This document shows, in pieces, positions 38,645-49,011 of a stretch of DNA of 64,000 nucleotides (its first letter is position 1; every line of letters starts with the position of its first letter). The stretch is taken from the NCBI GenBank assembly GCA_964525495.1, contig CAZGHS010000001.1, positions 102,263-166,262 of the forward strand. Reading direction: 5' to 3'. This DNA is from an uncultured Gammaproteobacteria bacterium. GTDB lineage: Bacteria; Patescibacteriota; Microgenomatia; JALYQM01. A model generated the notes under the pieces. It was given only the letters and a program-made list of their open reading frames with translations. It ran no database searches and had not been told where the DNA came from. Both the position numbers and the translations under genes were made by a program.

Positions 38645-40042
38645 CTAACCGACGCTGCCTTCCATGTCCATTTGAATCAACCGATTCATTTCAACAGCAT
38701 ATTCCATTGGGAGTTCTCGCAAAATAGGCTCAACAAAACCCTGAACAATCATCGCAGCAGCTTGGTCACCAGATAATCCACGAGACATTAAATAAAACAA
38801 TTGCTCTTCACCAAGTTTTCCAACACTCGCCTCATGTCCGATTGTTACATCCTGCTCATCAATATGCATCGTCGGATACGTATCCGAAATAGAATGATCA
38901 TCCAAAACCAACGCATCACACTTCACGGTCGACTTCACATTCTTACAATTTTTATTCACCTTCAAAAGTCCACGATACGTTGTACGTCCACCATCCTTAC
39001 AAATAGATTTAGAAGTTATTAACGATGTAGTATTTGACGCCAAATGCACAGCCTTTGCGCCAGCATCTTGATGTTGTCCTTTACCAGCAAAAGCTAAAGA
39101 CAATACTTCACCGCGAGCACCTTCTTCTTTCAAATACACGCTTGGATACTTCATAGTCAATTTTGAACCTAAGTTTCCATCAATCCACTCCATAGTCGCG
39201 TCTCGATACACAAACGCGCGTTTTGTGACCAAGTTATACACATTCTGTGACCAATTCTGAATTGTCGTATACCGCACACGTGAACCAGCTAAACAGACAA
39301 TCTCAACCACTGCAGAGTGCAAAGAATTAGTCGTGTAAATTGGAGCGCTACATCCTTCAACATAATGCACAAACGATCCCTCATCAGCAATAATCAATGT
39401 TCTTTCAAACTGTCCTGCGTTCGCTGCGTTAATTCGGAAATATGCCTGCAAAGGAATATCTACATGTACACCTTTGGGCACATAGATAAACGAACCACCA
39501 CTCCACACTGCAGTATTCAACGCCGCAAATTTATTATCTCCAGGGGGAATAATCGTGCCAAAATATTTCTGAACAATTTCAGGATATTCTTTAACTGCGG
39601 TATCTGTGTCAGTAAATATGACGCCCTTATCTTCCCACTGCCCCTTCAAATTATGATAGACGACCTCTGAGTCATATTGTGATGAAACACCCGCTAGAAA
39701 CTTTTTCTCGGCCTCTGGGATACCAATCTTATCAAAGGTCCGTTTAATATCGTCCGGCACATCTTCCCATTTGCGTTCTGTCTTATCCGAAGCGCGCAAG
39801 AAGTAATGAATGTCTTGAAAATCTATTCCAGACAGTTCTCCACCCCACGAAGGCATTTTCTTATTCAAAAAAATCTCGTAGGCTTTCAACCGTATCTGCA
39901 ACATCCAGTCAGGTTCGTTCTTATACTTGGAAATCGCTTCCACTACTTCGCGCGACAAACCCTTCGGCAACTTCACTGAATAATTCTCATCACTCTCAAA
40001 AAAACCGTATTGATATTGTCCGACTGGATTTTGATTACTCAT
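38645..40042 (-). CDS. sufB: Fe-S cluster assembly protein SufB
   Basis: 465 aa; full-length SufB layout including C-terminal [23 protein letters not shown]. Confidence 0.9.
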   Translation of the reverse strand: MSNQNPVGQYQYGFFESDENYSVKLPKGLSREVVEAISKYKNEPDWMLQIRLKAYEIFLNKKMPSWGGELSGIDFQDIHYFLRASDKTERKWEDVPDDIKRTFDKIGIPEAEKKFLAGVSSQYDSEVVYHNLKGQWEDKGVIFTDTDTAVKEYPEIVQKYFGTIIPPGDNKFAALNTAVWSGGSFIYVPKGVHVDIPLQAYFRINAANAGQFERTLIIADEGSFVHYVEGCSAPIYTTNSLHSAVVEIVCLAGSRVRYTTIQNWSQNVYNLVTKRAFVYRDATMEWIDGNLGSKLTMKYPSVYLKEEGARGEVLSLAFAGKGQHQDAGAKAVHLASNTTSLITSKSICKDGGRTTYRGLLKVNKNCKNVKSTVKCDALVLDDHSISDTYPTMHIDEQDVTIGHEASVGKLGEEQLFYLMSRGLSGDQAAAMIVQGFVEPILRELPMEYAVEMNRLIQMDMEGSVG

Positions 40043-40742
40043 TATTAACCACCTTAATACGCCGCTTGGGAACTTTTTGTAAAGAAACGGACATATTTTT
40101 TACTTCATTAGTATGTGGTAATAGCAAATATTCTGATAAATTTACTAATTCACCTGATTCATCCTGAAATCCCGTAGTTGATTCACTATAACCATGTTCA
40201 AACACCTCCACGCGCGTTGGCAAAAATGCTAAATCTCTCCCCTGAGGAATCCAGATATTACCTGTCAAATCCGACTCACCAGTGGACGCGGCATTGCCAA
40301 GTAGTCTACGTGGAATATTAGAAAACTCAACCTTCATCAAAAAATAAGCTGGATTAAGCGTAACTTCTCTAGTGCGAAGATCAGCTTCCATAATTGATCT
40401 AAATCCAAGCGGCGCGTAAGGAGCAATCTCTGTAGCCCTTTCATCAAAGGATGAAAAATACCGTGCTAGGAACAATGATGGAAGAGGTGCAACAGTTAAT
40501 CGAAGATCACCAACACTTTTAGGACCGTTACCATATTGAAATGGAATATCTACTCTATACATTAATTCAGGATCAACTGGATATTGGTTATCTACGGCAT
40601 CAATAAACGTAGAAGCCACACGTCTCAATTGATTCCATTTTGATGGAGGCATCGCGTAAAGTGGGTACGCCTGTCCTTCTGGAAAATCTAACCGCATTGA
40701 GATATCAAAACTATCTTTATGTATCAAAACATTTTCGCTCAT
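40035..40742 (-). CDS. hypothetical protein embedded in suf operon (divergent SufD-like?)
   Basis: 235 aa; 4-nt overlaps with both neighbours; no clear SufBD C-terminal motif, so SufD identity is unproven. Confidence 0.45.
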   Translation of the reverse strand: MSENVLIHKDSFDISMRLDFPEGQAYPLYAMPPSKWNQLRRVASTFIDAVDNQYPVDPELMYRVDIPFQYGNGPKSVGDLRLTVAPLPSLFLARYFSSFDERATEIAPYAPLGFRSIMEADLRTREVTLNPAYFLMKVEFSNIPRRLLGNAASTGESDLTGNIWIPQGRDLAFLPTRVEVFEHGYSESTTGFQDESGELVNLSEYLLLPHTNEVKNMSVSLQKVPKRRIKVVNNE

Positions 40743-41212
40743 ATATGTACCAATTTCTTAATTGCTTGTAATGATAACGGCCTACAATTATCTGTATCCA
40801 ATGAAGTAACCTCTATCCATTCAACAATTTCCGATTCTCCATTTTGTAAAATATGTTCAACATTTCTATCACCCAAAGCCACTACTTTATAAAAATCTAT
40901 CTTAGAATCAAAATATATATTATTGTCGACATCAAAAAAATTATTTCTTACTTCAAGTATAGGCGTTAGATCAACATTGACTACTGAATAGCCTGTTTCC
41001 TCTTCAAACTCTCGATTAATAGCTGTCGCCACATCTTCACCAGATTCTATTTGCCCGCCTGGCACTTCCCACTTATCAGAACCTTCCGGTCTAACAACCA
41101 AAACTCGACCATCCTGTATACAAACACCACGAGCAGAAAACCGCTGCTTCACGTCACAACCATCAGGTTTAATATGCTCATTTCCAAATTGATCTTTAAA
41201 CAATTCCCTCAT
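40739..41212 (-). CDS. NUDIX hydrolase
   Basis: Nudix box VPGGQIESGEDVATAINREFEEETG; overlaps sufC 3' end. Confidence 0.7.
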   Translation of the reverse strand: MRELFKDQFGNEHIKPDGCDVKQRFSARGVCIQDGRVLVVRPEGSDKWEVPGGQIESGEDVATAINREFEEETGYSVVNVDLTPILEVRNNFFDVDNNIYFDSKIDFYKVVALGDRNVEHILQNGESEIVEWIEVTSLDTDNCRPLSLQAIKKLVHI

Positions 41213-41939
41213 ACCCTTTATCTTCCACATATTCGCTTAATTCTCGTCCACCTTGTTTTATATTTCTACCATTGGAAACAATCGTCACGACATCAGGCTC
41301 AAGAAATTTAAGAATTCGCATATAATGGGTAATTATCAAAACAGAAGATTCTGGATTCGCTTCTTTATACTCTTTCACACGGTATGCAACGCTCTTCAAC
41401 GCATCCACATCCAAACCGCTATCCACTTCATCAAGTATCACAAGCTTTGGCTTTAACACAGCCATCTGCAAGATCTCGTTCCGCTTCTTCTCACCACCAC
41501 TAAATCCTTCATTCAAGTTTCGCTTCTGCATTCCCACATTCATTCCCAACTTCTGGACCTCTTCTTCCAAAGCAATTTTAAACTTCAGCAAAGTCAAAGG
41601 TTTCTCGTCTCGTCCTTGGGCGATCTCACGAGCTGCTTGTCGTAAAAAGGAATCTACAGGCACTCCAGGAATCTCCTGGGGATACTGGAAGCTCAAAAAC
41701 AAACCTTTTTTCGCCCGCACATCAACAGCCATCTCTAGTAAATTCTCACCCTGAAACTCTACTTCACCCTCGGTCACAGTATAACGAGGATGTCCAGCCA
41801 AAGCATACGCCAGAGTCGATTTGCCTGAACCATTCGGTCCCATGATTGCATGAACCTTACCGGCATCAACCTGCAAATCTAGACCCTTCAATATCTCTTT
41901 TTTCTCAACAGAAACATGTAAATTGCGTATTTTTAACAT
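41196..41939 (-). CDS. sufC: Fe-S cluster assembly ATPase SufC
   Basis: Start trimmed to MLKIRNLHV; Walker A GPNGSGKST, ABC signature, SufC-like length. Confidence 0.9.
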   Translation of the reverse strand: MLKIRNLHVSVEKKEILKGLDLQVDAGKVHAIMGPNGSGKSTLAYALAGHPRYTVTEGEVEFQGENLLEMAVDVRAKKGLFLSFQYPQEIPGVPVDSFLRQAAREIAQGRDEKPLTLLKFKIALEEEVQKLGMNVGMQKRNLNEGFSGGEKKRNEILQMAVLKPKLVILDEVDSGLDVDALKSVAYRVKEYKEANPESSVLIITHYMRILKFLEPDVVTIVSNGRNIKQGGRELSEYVEDKGYEGIV

Positions 41940-42020
41940 ATCCACAAGATTATACAAAAAAGGCATACAAAAGGCCACCTTGTTCTTATGGGTAAGGAGG
42001 CCTAACTAAATATCAATATA

Positions 42021-43619
42021 TTGAACTCAAAAGCACAAGTCAACATCAGGTATAATAAAAAAGTGATGCTAAAAAAACTCTATAATAACCTTCCAAATAT
42101 CTTCATAGCCATAATAACAATCCTCTATATTCTTCTAGCACTACTCAGGCATTACCACTTCATGACCTATGGATACGACCTTGGTATCTATGACCAACAA
42201 GTCTGGCTCTACTCCCAATTCCAAAATCCTTTTATCACTATTGAATACAAATCCGCTCTCCTAAATCACTTTTCACCAAGCCTCGCACTCTTCGCACCTC
42301 TCTATTGGATTTGGAATAATCCACAAGTCTTACTTATCGTGCAAGCACTTATGGTAGGACTCTCAGCAATCCCTCTGGATATTCTCGCAAAGCGTAAACA
42401 ATTTCCAATTTATCTGCGTACCATGCTCATAATCTCCTATCTACTTTTCTATGGGTATCAATTTGCAATAAATTACGACGTTCATTCTGTTGTTTTTGGC
42501 ACCGCCCTAATCCCGTGGCTCCTACTCTGTCTCGAAGATCGTAAATATAAAAAAGCAGCGGCATTACTACTCATAATTCTAGGGATGAAAGAAAGTTTCC
42601 CTATAACCATAACATTAGTTGGAATTGTATATTTTCTAAAGGGCAGACGCCGCTTGGGAGCAGCCTTAGTCGCCATTTCGCTCTCATTCCTATTCCTTGC
42701 ACTCAAAGTCATACAACCTATAATCGAACACTTCACCCACGAAAGCTATCGATTTTCCTCTTCCTATCCCCATTCAATTCAGGATGCATTTATGCAATTA
42801 ATTAACTCGCCAAAAAAACTCGAAGTCTGGCGCCTAAGTTTCCTCTGGTATGCCTTTATACCACTTGCTGCGCCTATTACAGTAATCGCAGCCATCGGCG
42901 ACATCGCCTTCTATTTTATCCTAGGAAATAATCACCCTGAAACACTTTCAATATATATGCACTATAGATCATCACTCGCACCACTGTTAGCTTGGGCAAC
43001 CATAGACGGATGTACAAACATTCATTCAAAATTTACACAAAACAAAAAATACATATATCCAGTAATTACGCTCATGCTATTCAGCAGCTTCTGTTTCATT
43101 CAATATTCGTACCATCTCCCCCTCAATTCACTGAGTAAACCATACTTGTATCAATTCAATAATGATATTAATGACAAAAACGAACTACTAAAAAAAGTAC
43201 CACCAAACATTCCAATCGCCGCGCAAAACAATCTCATTCCCAGACTATCAGCACGCAAAGAAATCCATCTTCTTTGGCCATACAAAGAGCGTAATGGCTA
43301 TCTTAGGTTTCCGATCTGTAAACCTGCATTAATAGAGGCAATGCAAGGACTTAACCACAATCGAAAAAAGTTAAATGACACCTGCACAGAACCAAAAATT
43401 TCTTCACCTTGTGGCGCAGAACGCTGTTTCATACTGCAGTTCCACGAAAACGCAGACTATTTAGTAACTGACGTCACTCCAGGTCAAAATGCAGTCGAGC
43501 TCCTTATGGAAAATGAGCATAAACTTAAGGAAGGACTCACCAACCTTGAAAAAACGGGCATGATAACGCTTCAAGTGCAAGTTGGCGACGCACAATTATG
43601 GAAAGTCAATAGGTATTGA
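42021..43619 (+). CDS. polytopic membrane protein, DUF2079-like
   Basis: 532 aa, about 12 TM; N-terminal YGYDLGIYDQ motif that I associate with DUF2079 membrane proteins (recollection, not verified). Confidence 0.5.
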   Translation: MNSKAQVNIRYNKKVMLKKLYNNLPNIFIAIITILYILLALLRHYHFMTYGYDLGIYDQQVWLYSQFQNPFITIEYKSALLNHFSPSLALFAPLYWIWNNPQVLLIVQALMVGLSAIPLDILAKRKQFPIYLRTMLIISYLLFYGYQFAINYDVHSVVFGTALIPWLLLCLEDRKYKKAAALLLIILGMKESFPITITLVGIVYFLKGRRRLGAALVAISLSFLFLALKVIQPIIEHFTHESYRFSSSYPHSIQDAFMQLINSPKKLEVWRLSFLWYAFIPLAAPITVIAAIGDIAFYFILGNNHPETLSIYMHYRSSLAPLLAWATIDGCTNIHSKFTQNKKYIYPVITLMLFSSFCFIQYSYHLPLNSLSKPYLYQFNNDINDKNELLKKVPPNIPIAAQNNLIPRLSARKEIHLLWPYKERNGYLRFPICKPALIEAMQGLNHNRKKLNDTCTEPKISSPCGAERCFILQFHENADYLVTDVTPGQNAVELLMENEHKLKEGLTNLEKTGMITLQVQVGDAQLWKVNRY

Positions 43620-43737
43620 CAAAAGCATAATGAGCGTGATAAAAATAGCTATCATGAATTATAGTTTTTCAAACATTTTTGTCCTTCTTATTACCCACTT
43701 CTAAGGCGGGTCGGCAAAATGTATGAAAAAAGTCCAA

Positions 43738-43767
43738 GACCCGCACACAAGCGGGTTTTTTCGTTTT
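43738..43767 (+). terminator. rho-independent terminator
   Basis: acccgc-acacaa-gcgggt hairpin followed by tttttcgtttt, about 120 nt after stop of 42021..43619. Confidence 0.65.
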
Positions 43768-43888
43768 AGACGGTATTAGGTTCAAAACATAATACTCACT
43801 AAGGCGAAAAACAAGCCGCACGAGCGGATGGAGGAACGACCGAATGTCGGATTCTGTAAGAATTTCACAACAATACGGAGGGAATCCC

Positions 43889-44047
43889 ATGCAACTGATC
43901 GCAAAACTCTGCCTACTACTCATCGTCGCTGGCATCCGTCTCGAAGACGGGTACAACGACCATTGGCAGGACAAGAAGCCCAAATCTGCAACAAAAACAG
44001 CATCGACTTCCAAACAGACTACAAAAACCAAAGGCAAAGGCAAGTAG
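43889..44047 (+). CDS. hypothetical small membrane protein (52 aa) with Lys/Thr-rich tail
   Basis: start at MQLIAK preceded by ggaggga; one TM (LCLLLIVAGI). Confidence 0.35.
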   Translation: MQLIAKLCLLLIVAGIRLEDGYNDHWQDKKPKSATKTASTSKQTTKTKGKGK

Positions 44048-44092
44048 CCCAAACCAATTCACGGAGGGTCGCTCCTCTCATATTCTTTGATA

Positions 44093-44146
44093 GTTTCACC
44101 GCCAAGACGTTTTGTCTTTGCAGTATTTCCGCATTGGCGGTGAAAC
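44093..44146. repeat. perfect 13-bp inverted repeat gtttcaccgccaa / ttggcggtgaaac with 28-nt spacer
   Basis: read directly; intergenic between convergent small genes; no flanking T-run. Confidence 0.6.
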
Positions 44147-44296
44147 ATATCTTATCGTGCAACGCACTCGCAGGGACAACACTTTGTAAAATATATCCAA
44201 GAAAAACGATTAAGTTTTTCCCACGTATATTTATACATACCTAACTCATCCCTGCAGTGCAAAAGATTTATATATTTAAAACGTAAACAAAGAACC

Positions 44297-44662
44297 CTAT
44301 TTCTTCTTACCTTTTTTTCCGCTACTCTTCCAATCATCAGGATTAAAGCTTCCTCTTCGCTCTTCCGACGGGATGGATATCCTTCCACCGATTGGTCTAA
44401 TTGGTTCAACTATTGGCAATACCCGCTGTGTTTCTTCAGCAGGAAGCCCTCTATCGGATCGCTGGACACCATCACTAATCAACTTCTGATCACCAACTTT
44501 TCTAAATCTATTCTTAGCTCTAACTTCGTCGTTAGGATCAAGAGGACGCATTGGTTTCATTCGTGCATCTCTATCCTGTGCACCTCGACTACCACGATGT
44601 TCAACACCAAGTTGTCGTCCCTTATAAACAGTTTTATCACCTTCTGGATCAGCACCTCGCAT
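44297..44662 (-). CDS. hypothetical basic low-complexity protein
   Basis: 121 aa, Arg/Lys/Gly/Asp-rich, disordered-like. Confidence 0.35.
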   Translation of the reverse strand: MRGADPEGDKTVYKGRQLGVEHRGSRGAQDRDARMKPMRPLDPNDEVRAKNRFRKVGDQKLISDGVQRSDRGLPAEETQRVLPIVEPIRPIGGRISIPSEERRGSFNPDDWKSSGKKGKKK

Positions 44663-44731
44663 ATAATATCCCTCAACAATTTTTATGCCTCAAATTGTAC
44701 TGCTATAGAAAAATTTTGCAAACAGGAGAAA

Positions 44732-45280
44732 TTATTTATTCAGTTCAATCACAATAAACGTCGTCATATTATCAGGAGAATTCGCAAGACCTGTAGCCAA
44801 CACATCAAGGCCAAATATCTTTGCCGCCTCTTCACTCGCAGTCACTGCACTAGTCATATCTTTACTCTCAACCACAAATTTCGCAGCACTCGCATTATCT
44901 ACAGACAACACTTGTTCTATCTCTGGATGACTCGCAAAAAACATCGAACATTGTAAAAACGATTGATGATGTCCATGCACACGACGAATATTTTCAAGCT
45001 TTGCCCCAGGTAGTCCAAGCAAAGAATGTGGAATCGGCATATCTACTTCCCCCACTATTCTTACCGGATATGTACTCAATAAATCCTGCACACCTACCAC
45101 CACACCAGCAACCGCATTTTTAAACGGTATCACGCCATACTGCACATCACGATTAGCCACTCCCTCAAAAATATCCCGCAGACTTGGCTTCCCAAAATAC
45201 TCACCGCGTTCAACAAAATATTGTCGCGCAGCAAAGTAACTATAAGAGCCCTCTAGTCCAAAAAATCCGATTGTATCCAT
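44732..45280 (-). CDS. prephenate dehydratase catalytic-domain protein (no ACT domain)
   Basis: 182 aa; IGFFGLEGSYSYFAARQYF start typical of PDT domain (xGxxGSxS), periplasmic-binding-like fold length. Confidence 0.65.
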   Translation of the reverse strand: MDTIGFFGLEGSYSYFAARQYFVERGEYFGKPSLRDIFEGVANRDVQYGVIPFKNAVAGVVVGVQDLLSTYPVRIVGEVDMPIPHSLLGLPGAKLENIRRVHGHHQSFLQCSMFFASHPEIEQVLSVDNASAAKFVVESKDMTSAVTASEEAAKIFGLDVLATGLANSPDNMTTFIVIELNK

Positions 45281-45364
45281 ATACCTATATTATTACACTA
45301 CCATCTATGTACAACGGGTCAATAACCAGTGGCACTTCACATTCACTCACGATACAATCTGGCT

Positions 45365-46663
45365 ATGGACACATATAGAGAGTTATTAAACAAGTTCATC
45401 TCCTTCAGGAGTATCTCTACCGACCCTCAATTCGCACAGCACATTGAAGGCATAGTCTCATGGCTCTCCGAAACATTTCAAAACCACGGTTTCACTGTCA
45501 AAAGATTTGACGGGTACAACAATCCTATCGTTCTCGCATCATACGAAACCGATCCTTCCTACAAAACATGCCTCATCTACGGACATTACGATGTTCAACC
45601 GGCCTCAATAGAAGAGGGTTGGACAAGCGAACCGTTCGAAGTCCACGAGGACAACGAACGCATTTACGCTCGAGGTGCTGTAGATAACAAAGGACAAGTA
45701 CTCGTGCACATCGCAACAGTTTTTGATCTCATTAAACAAAATAAACTCCAATACAACATTAAATTCCTCATCGAAGGAAATGAAGAAACTGGTTCACCGA
45801 AAATCGCCGACTGCATCAAAGATAACCATCACATGCAATGCGATTTTGTCCTCATCTCTGATGGTGAAATTAACAACGATACTCCAGTCATCGAACTCGG
45901 CTTCCGAGGTGGAGCCAACACAACTCTCACCATTCAAACAGCCACCAACGATCTACACTCCGGCATTTATGGTGGAGCCGCACCAAGTGCTGCTCATGAA
46001 ATTTCCAAATTTATTGCTTCACTCCACGACCAAGACCGTCACATCACTATCCCTCACTTTTATGACAACGTGGATCCCATAGACAAAGCTAAACCAATTC
46101 CTTTCGATAAAAAAGAATACACCAAGATCACAGGCGCAAAAGACACAATCACCGAACCAGACTACGACGTCCATACACAGATCGGACTACGACCTACTAT
46201 TCAAGTAACCGGCATTCAAACTGGGTACACTGGTGATGGCTACCGCAATAGTATTCCTGCTAAGGCAACAGCAAAAATTAACTTTAGATTAGTAAAAAGC
46301 CAGGATCCCAACAAAATAATGGAGCAATACAAGAAATATATTAAAGACACACTTCCCGACTACGTTACCCACGAACTCCAAATCACCGATCCATACGAAG
46401 GAATCAAATTGGATGTAAACAACGAATACGTCAAAAAGGCAGAGCAATTACTTGAAAAGTCTTTTGGCTCTAAACCGATACATAAATATAGTGGAGGAGG
46501 TCTTCCTATCGTTACACTATTTCACGAGCTTCTCAGAGTCCCACAAGTACTCATTCCACTCGGCAACGAAGACTGCAACATGCACGGTGCTAACGAAAAT
46601 TTTGATAAAGATATTCTTAAAAAAGCACTCGACTTCAGCCAACAGTTTTTTTCAAAGGACTAG
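45365..46663 (+). CDS. M20 family metallopeptidase (dipeptidase-like)
   Basis: start at MDTYREL (alt GTG 45329); HYDVQP, GAVDNKG, EGNEETGS metal-binding motifs of M20/ArgE/DapE/PepV family. Confidence 0.8.
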   Translation: MDTYRELLNKFISFRSISTDPQFAQHIEGIVSWLSETFQNHGFTVKRFDGYNNPIVLASYETDPSYKTCLIYGHYDVQPASIEEGWTSEPFEVHEDNERIYARGAVDNKGQVLVHIATVFDLIKQNKLQYNIKFLIEGNEETGSPKIADCIKDNHHMQCDFVLISDGEINNDTPVIELGFRGGANTTLTIQTATNDLHSGIYGGAAPSAAHEISKFIASLHDQDRHITIPHFYDNVDPIDKAKPIPFDKKEYTKITGAKDTITEPDYDVHTQIGLRPTIQVTGIQTGYTGDGYRNSIPAKATAKINFRLVKSQDPNKIMEQYKKYIKDTLPDYVTHELQITDPYEGIKLDVNNEYVKKAEQLLEKSFGSKPIHKYSGGGLPIVTLFHELLRVPQVLIPLGNEDCNMHGANENFDKDILKKALDFSQQFFSKD

Positions 46664-46704
46664 AGCCTTGAACTAAGTGTATCCAATCGATACGATGTAA
46701 ATGC

Positions 46705-47283
46705 ATGAACACTCAGCTAGTATTACGAATAGTTTCAGCCTCCGCTGTCTTATCTGTTGGAGAGCTATTAATTCTTGCAGGACTACCTTGGTTTAGTTCA
46801 CCAATCCGGTCTAGCTATGTAATTCCTGGATTAATATTAGGCATAATTGCAATCACCTATCTTTGTTTTGGATTACTAAATGACTCTAAAATAAAAATCA
46901 TGGTAAGAGTAATCATTAGTATTATTCTGGCAATTATCGGCACGATCTCCGTCGTCGCACTATCCTTTAATCTAGAATTCAATCACTTTCTTCTCGATGG
47001 AACCATATATGACATAGATAAAGTAGTGAGTATCTTTAACCTTATTCTGTTTCATATAGTCCTAATGCAAAAAAAAATCACCCAATCAACTGTCATTCCG
47101 ATTTCAATCTCTCTAATATTATGTTTTATTTTTATCATAATTCTCGACAAAACTTTTGGAGAATTAGTTAGTTCATTTCCAGTAGATGATTTTGGTATAA
47201 AAGGGTGGATTTTAACAGCAATCTACACGCCAATTCTCTGGCTAACTGCATTTCGAGTTACAAACCAGTTCAAAGCTTCGTAA
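46705..47283 (+). CDS. hypothetical membrane protein (about 5 TM)
   Basis: 192 aa hydrophobic; no family. Confidence 0.5.
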   Translation: MNTQLVLRIVSASAVLSVGELLILAGLPWFSSPIRSSYVIPGLILGIIAITYLCFGLLNDSKIKIMVRVIISIILAIIGTISVVALSFNLEFNHFLLDGTIYDIDKVVSIFNLILFHIVLMQKKITQSTVIPISISLILCFIFIIILDKTFGELVSSFPVDDFGIKGWILTAIYTPILWLTAFRVTNQFKAS

Positions 47284-48199
47284 CTTCTCGAATTATATAC
47301 CCCGTCTTGCCACTAGCAGCAAAATATCCTCGCACCACAATATCCGCTATCAATCCACTTACAATCAGTTGAATCCCCAAAGTAAACATCAAAAAAGAAA
47401 ATATTATCCATCGCTGTGTATCCCATAAACCGAAGTCAGTGAATACATGAAACACACTCACGAACAACGTAACGAAACTCACACAAATCACCACAATACC
47501 CACCCCTCCCAACAAATGCAACGGTCGAGCTGAGTATTTTCCCCAAAACGCAACAGCTACCATATCCAAAAAGCCCTTTACTCCCCTTTTCCAAGAATAT
47601 TTGGACTTACCATACTTTCGTGGCCGGTGATTCACAACATATTCACCTACCCGATACCCTCGCACCTTAACTATCGAAACAAAAAACCGGTGCATCTCAC
47701 CATACAATTCCAGTCCATCTAAAACCGAACGTCGAAATACTTTTATTCCACACCCAGCATCATGAATACCATCATGCAACAGCGCTTGCCGGATACCAAA
47801 TGCGATCAACGAAGGAATCTTCTTATCCCACCCATCATGCCGTCGTTTCCTCCATCCCACCAACATATCTAGCTTATTATTATCCATAAACTGCAGCATC
47901 CCATGCAAGTCCGATGGATCGTTCTGTAGATCACCATCGAGTGTCGCAACCACATCACCAGTCACCACTCCAAAACCAGCGCTTAAAGCCGCAGTTTGGC
48001 CATATGATCGAAGCAATGTAATAACCGTACATTCTTGTAGTTCAGAAAAAACCTGCTCACTGCCATCAGTAGAACCATCATTCACATAAATAAGCTCATA
48101 GTCGAAGCCTATTTCACGCACAGTCGCAAGCAACTCTTCATGAAGTTTTACAATATTTTCTCGTTCGTTAAAAAAAGGAATAACAACTGATAAACGCAT
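47270..48199 (-). CDS. family-2 glycosyltransferase with C-terminal TM pair (polyprenol-phosphate sugar transferase, DPM1/GtrB-like)
   Basis: 309 aa; VVIPFFNEREN ... YVNDGSTDGS ... LDGDLQNDP (DXD). Confidence 0.8.
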   Translation of the reverse strand: MRLSVVIPFFNERENIVKLHEELLATVREIGFDYELIYVNDGSTDGSEQVFSELQECTVITLLRSYGQTAALSAGFGVVTGDVVATLDGDLQNDPSDLHGMLQFMDNNKLDMLVGWRKRRHDGWDKKIPSLIAFGIRQALLHDGIHDAGCGIKVFRRSVLDGLELYGEMHRFFVSIVKVRGYRVGEYVVNHRPRKYGKSKYSWKRGVKGFLDMVAVAFWGKYSARPLHLLGGVGIVVICVSFVTLFVSVFHVFTDFGLWDTQRWIIFSFLMFTLGIQLIVSGLIADIVVRGYFAASGKTGYIIREVTKL

Positions 48200-48256
48200 A
48201 GGTCTAATTTCTTTGTCAAAGTAGGTTTAGAAAACTCATCCTACTAATGAATTAGA

Positions 48257-48688
48257 CTATTTTACCTCAAGTAGCTCAATTTCAAAAACCAAGACCGAAT
48301 TAGGAGGAACTTTACTTCCAGATCCCTTAGCACCATAGGCTAATCCAGGGGGAATAATCAAACGTCGAACTCCACCAACTTTCATACCAGGAACACCAAT
48401 ATCCCATCCCTGAATCACCTTACCCTCACCCAATTTAAACTCATAAGGTACAAAGCGATCGCGCGAACTATCAAACTTTGAACCATTCACAAGCGTCCCT
48501 ACATAATGAACCTTAACAGTACTGCCATCTATAGCTTCGGTTCCTGAACCTTCTTTAATATCCTGAATCTCAAGTTCATCAGTAGAAGCATACTGACTCA
48601 TATCAGTATTTTGCGCAGTAGATTGTGAACTACAGGCAGTCAAAAATAAACATCCAAATAATAGTGCACCAATTGAAAAATATCTCAT
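48257..48688 (-). CDS. FKBP-type peptidyl-prolyl isomerase, lipoprotein
   Basis: 143 aa; lipobox LFLTAC; FKBP core GEGKVIQGWDIGVPGMKVGGVRRLIIPPGLAYG. Confidence 0.8.
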   Translation of the reverse strand: MRYFSIGALLFGCLFLTACSSQSTAQNTDMSQYASTDELEIQDIKEGSGTEAIDGSTVKVHYVGTLVNGSKFDSSRDRFVPYEFKLGEGKVIQGWDIGVPGMKVGGVRRLIIPPGLAYGAKGSGSKVPPNSVLVFEIELLEVK

Positions 48689-48723
48689 ACTCTATTTAAG
48701 ACACAGTTCGACAAAAATTGCAA

Positions 48724-49011
48724 TTATTTCAATACATCAGGGCGATCAGCTTCAGAAAGTTGTTCTAAAAGAGGTTCCGCAGCTTCTTTGCATATTTCAA
48801 TTGAGGCATTTCCAAACAAACGAGCATATTGAGTAACTAAATTTTGAAGTATTTGCTTATTGTCACCATCAAACGTAATATCCTCCGCGTTGTTTACATG
48901 CAATCCCATAACTTTGTTCGCCTCACGTAAAGCAATCGGCCCGATAATATTCTGTTGTTCTTTAATTATTCGTGCAGCAATCTCAGCATACACGTTCATA
49001 TTAGTCCTCAA
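48724..49011 (-). CDS. hypothetical small protein
   Basis: 95 aa helical; overlaps next gene start by 11 nt. Confidence 0.4.
   Translation of the reverse strand: MRTNMNVYAEIAARIIKEQQNIIGPIALREANKVMGLHVNNAEDITFDGDNKQILQNLVTQYARLFGNASIEICKEAAEPLLEQLSEADRPDVLK

Noticed and set aside
40035-40742. Calling this ORF sufD outright
   Set aside because: The operon position is suggestive, but no SufBD-domain motif could be recognised by eye. It is left as hypothetical.
43669-44052. 127-aa minus-strand ORF
   Set aside because: It overlaps a plus-strand terminator and an SD-led small gene and has odd composition. It is most likely spurious.
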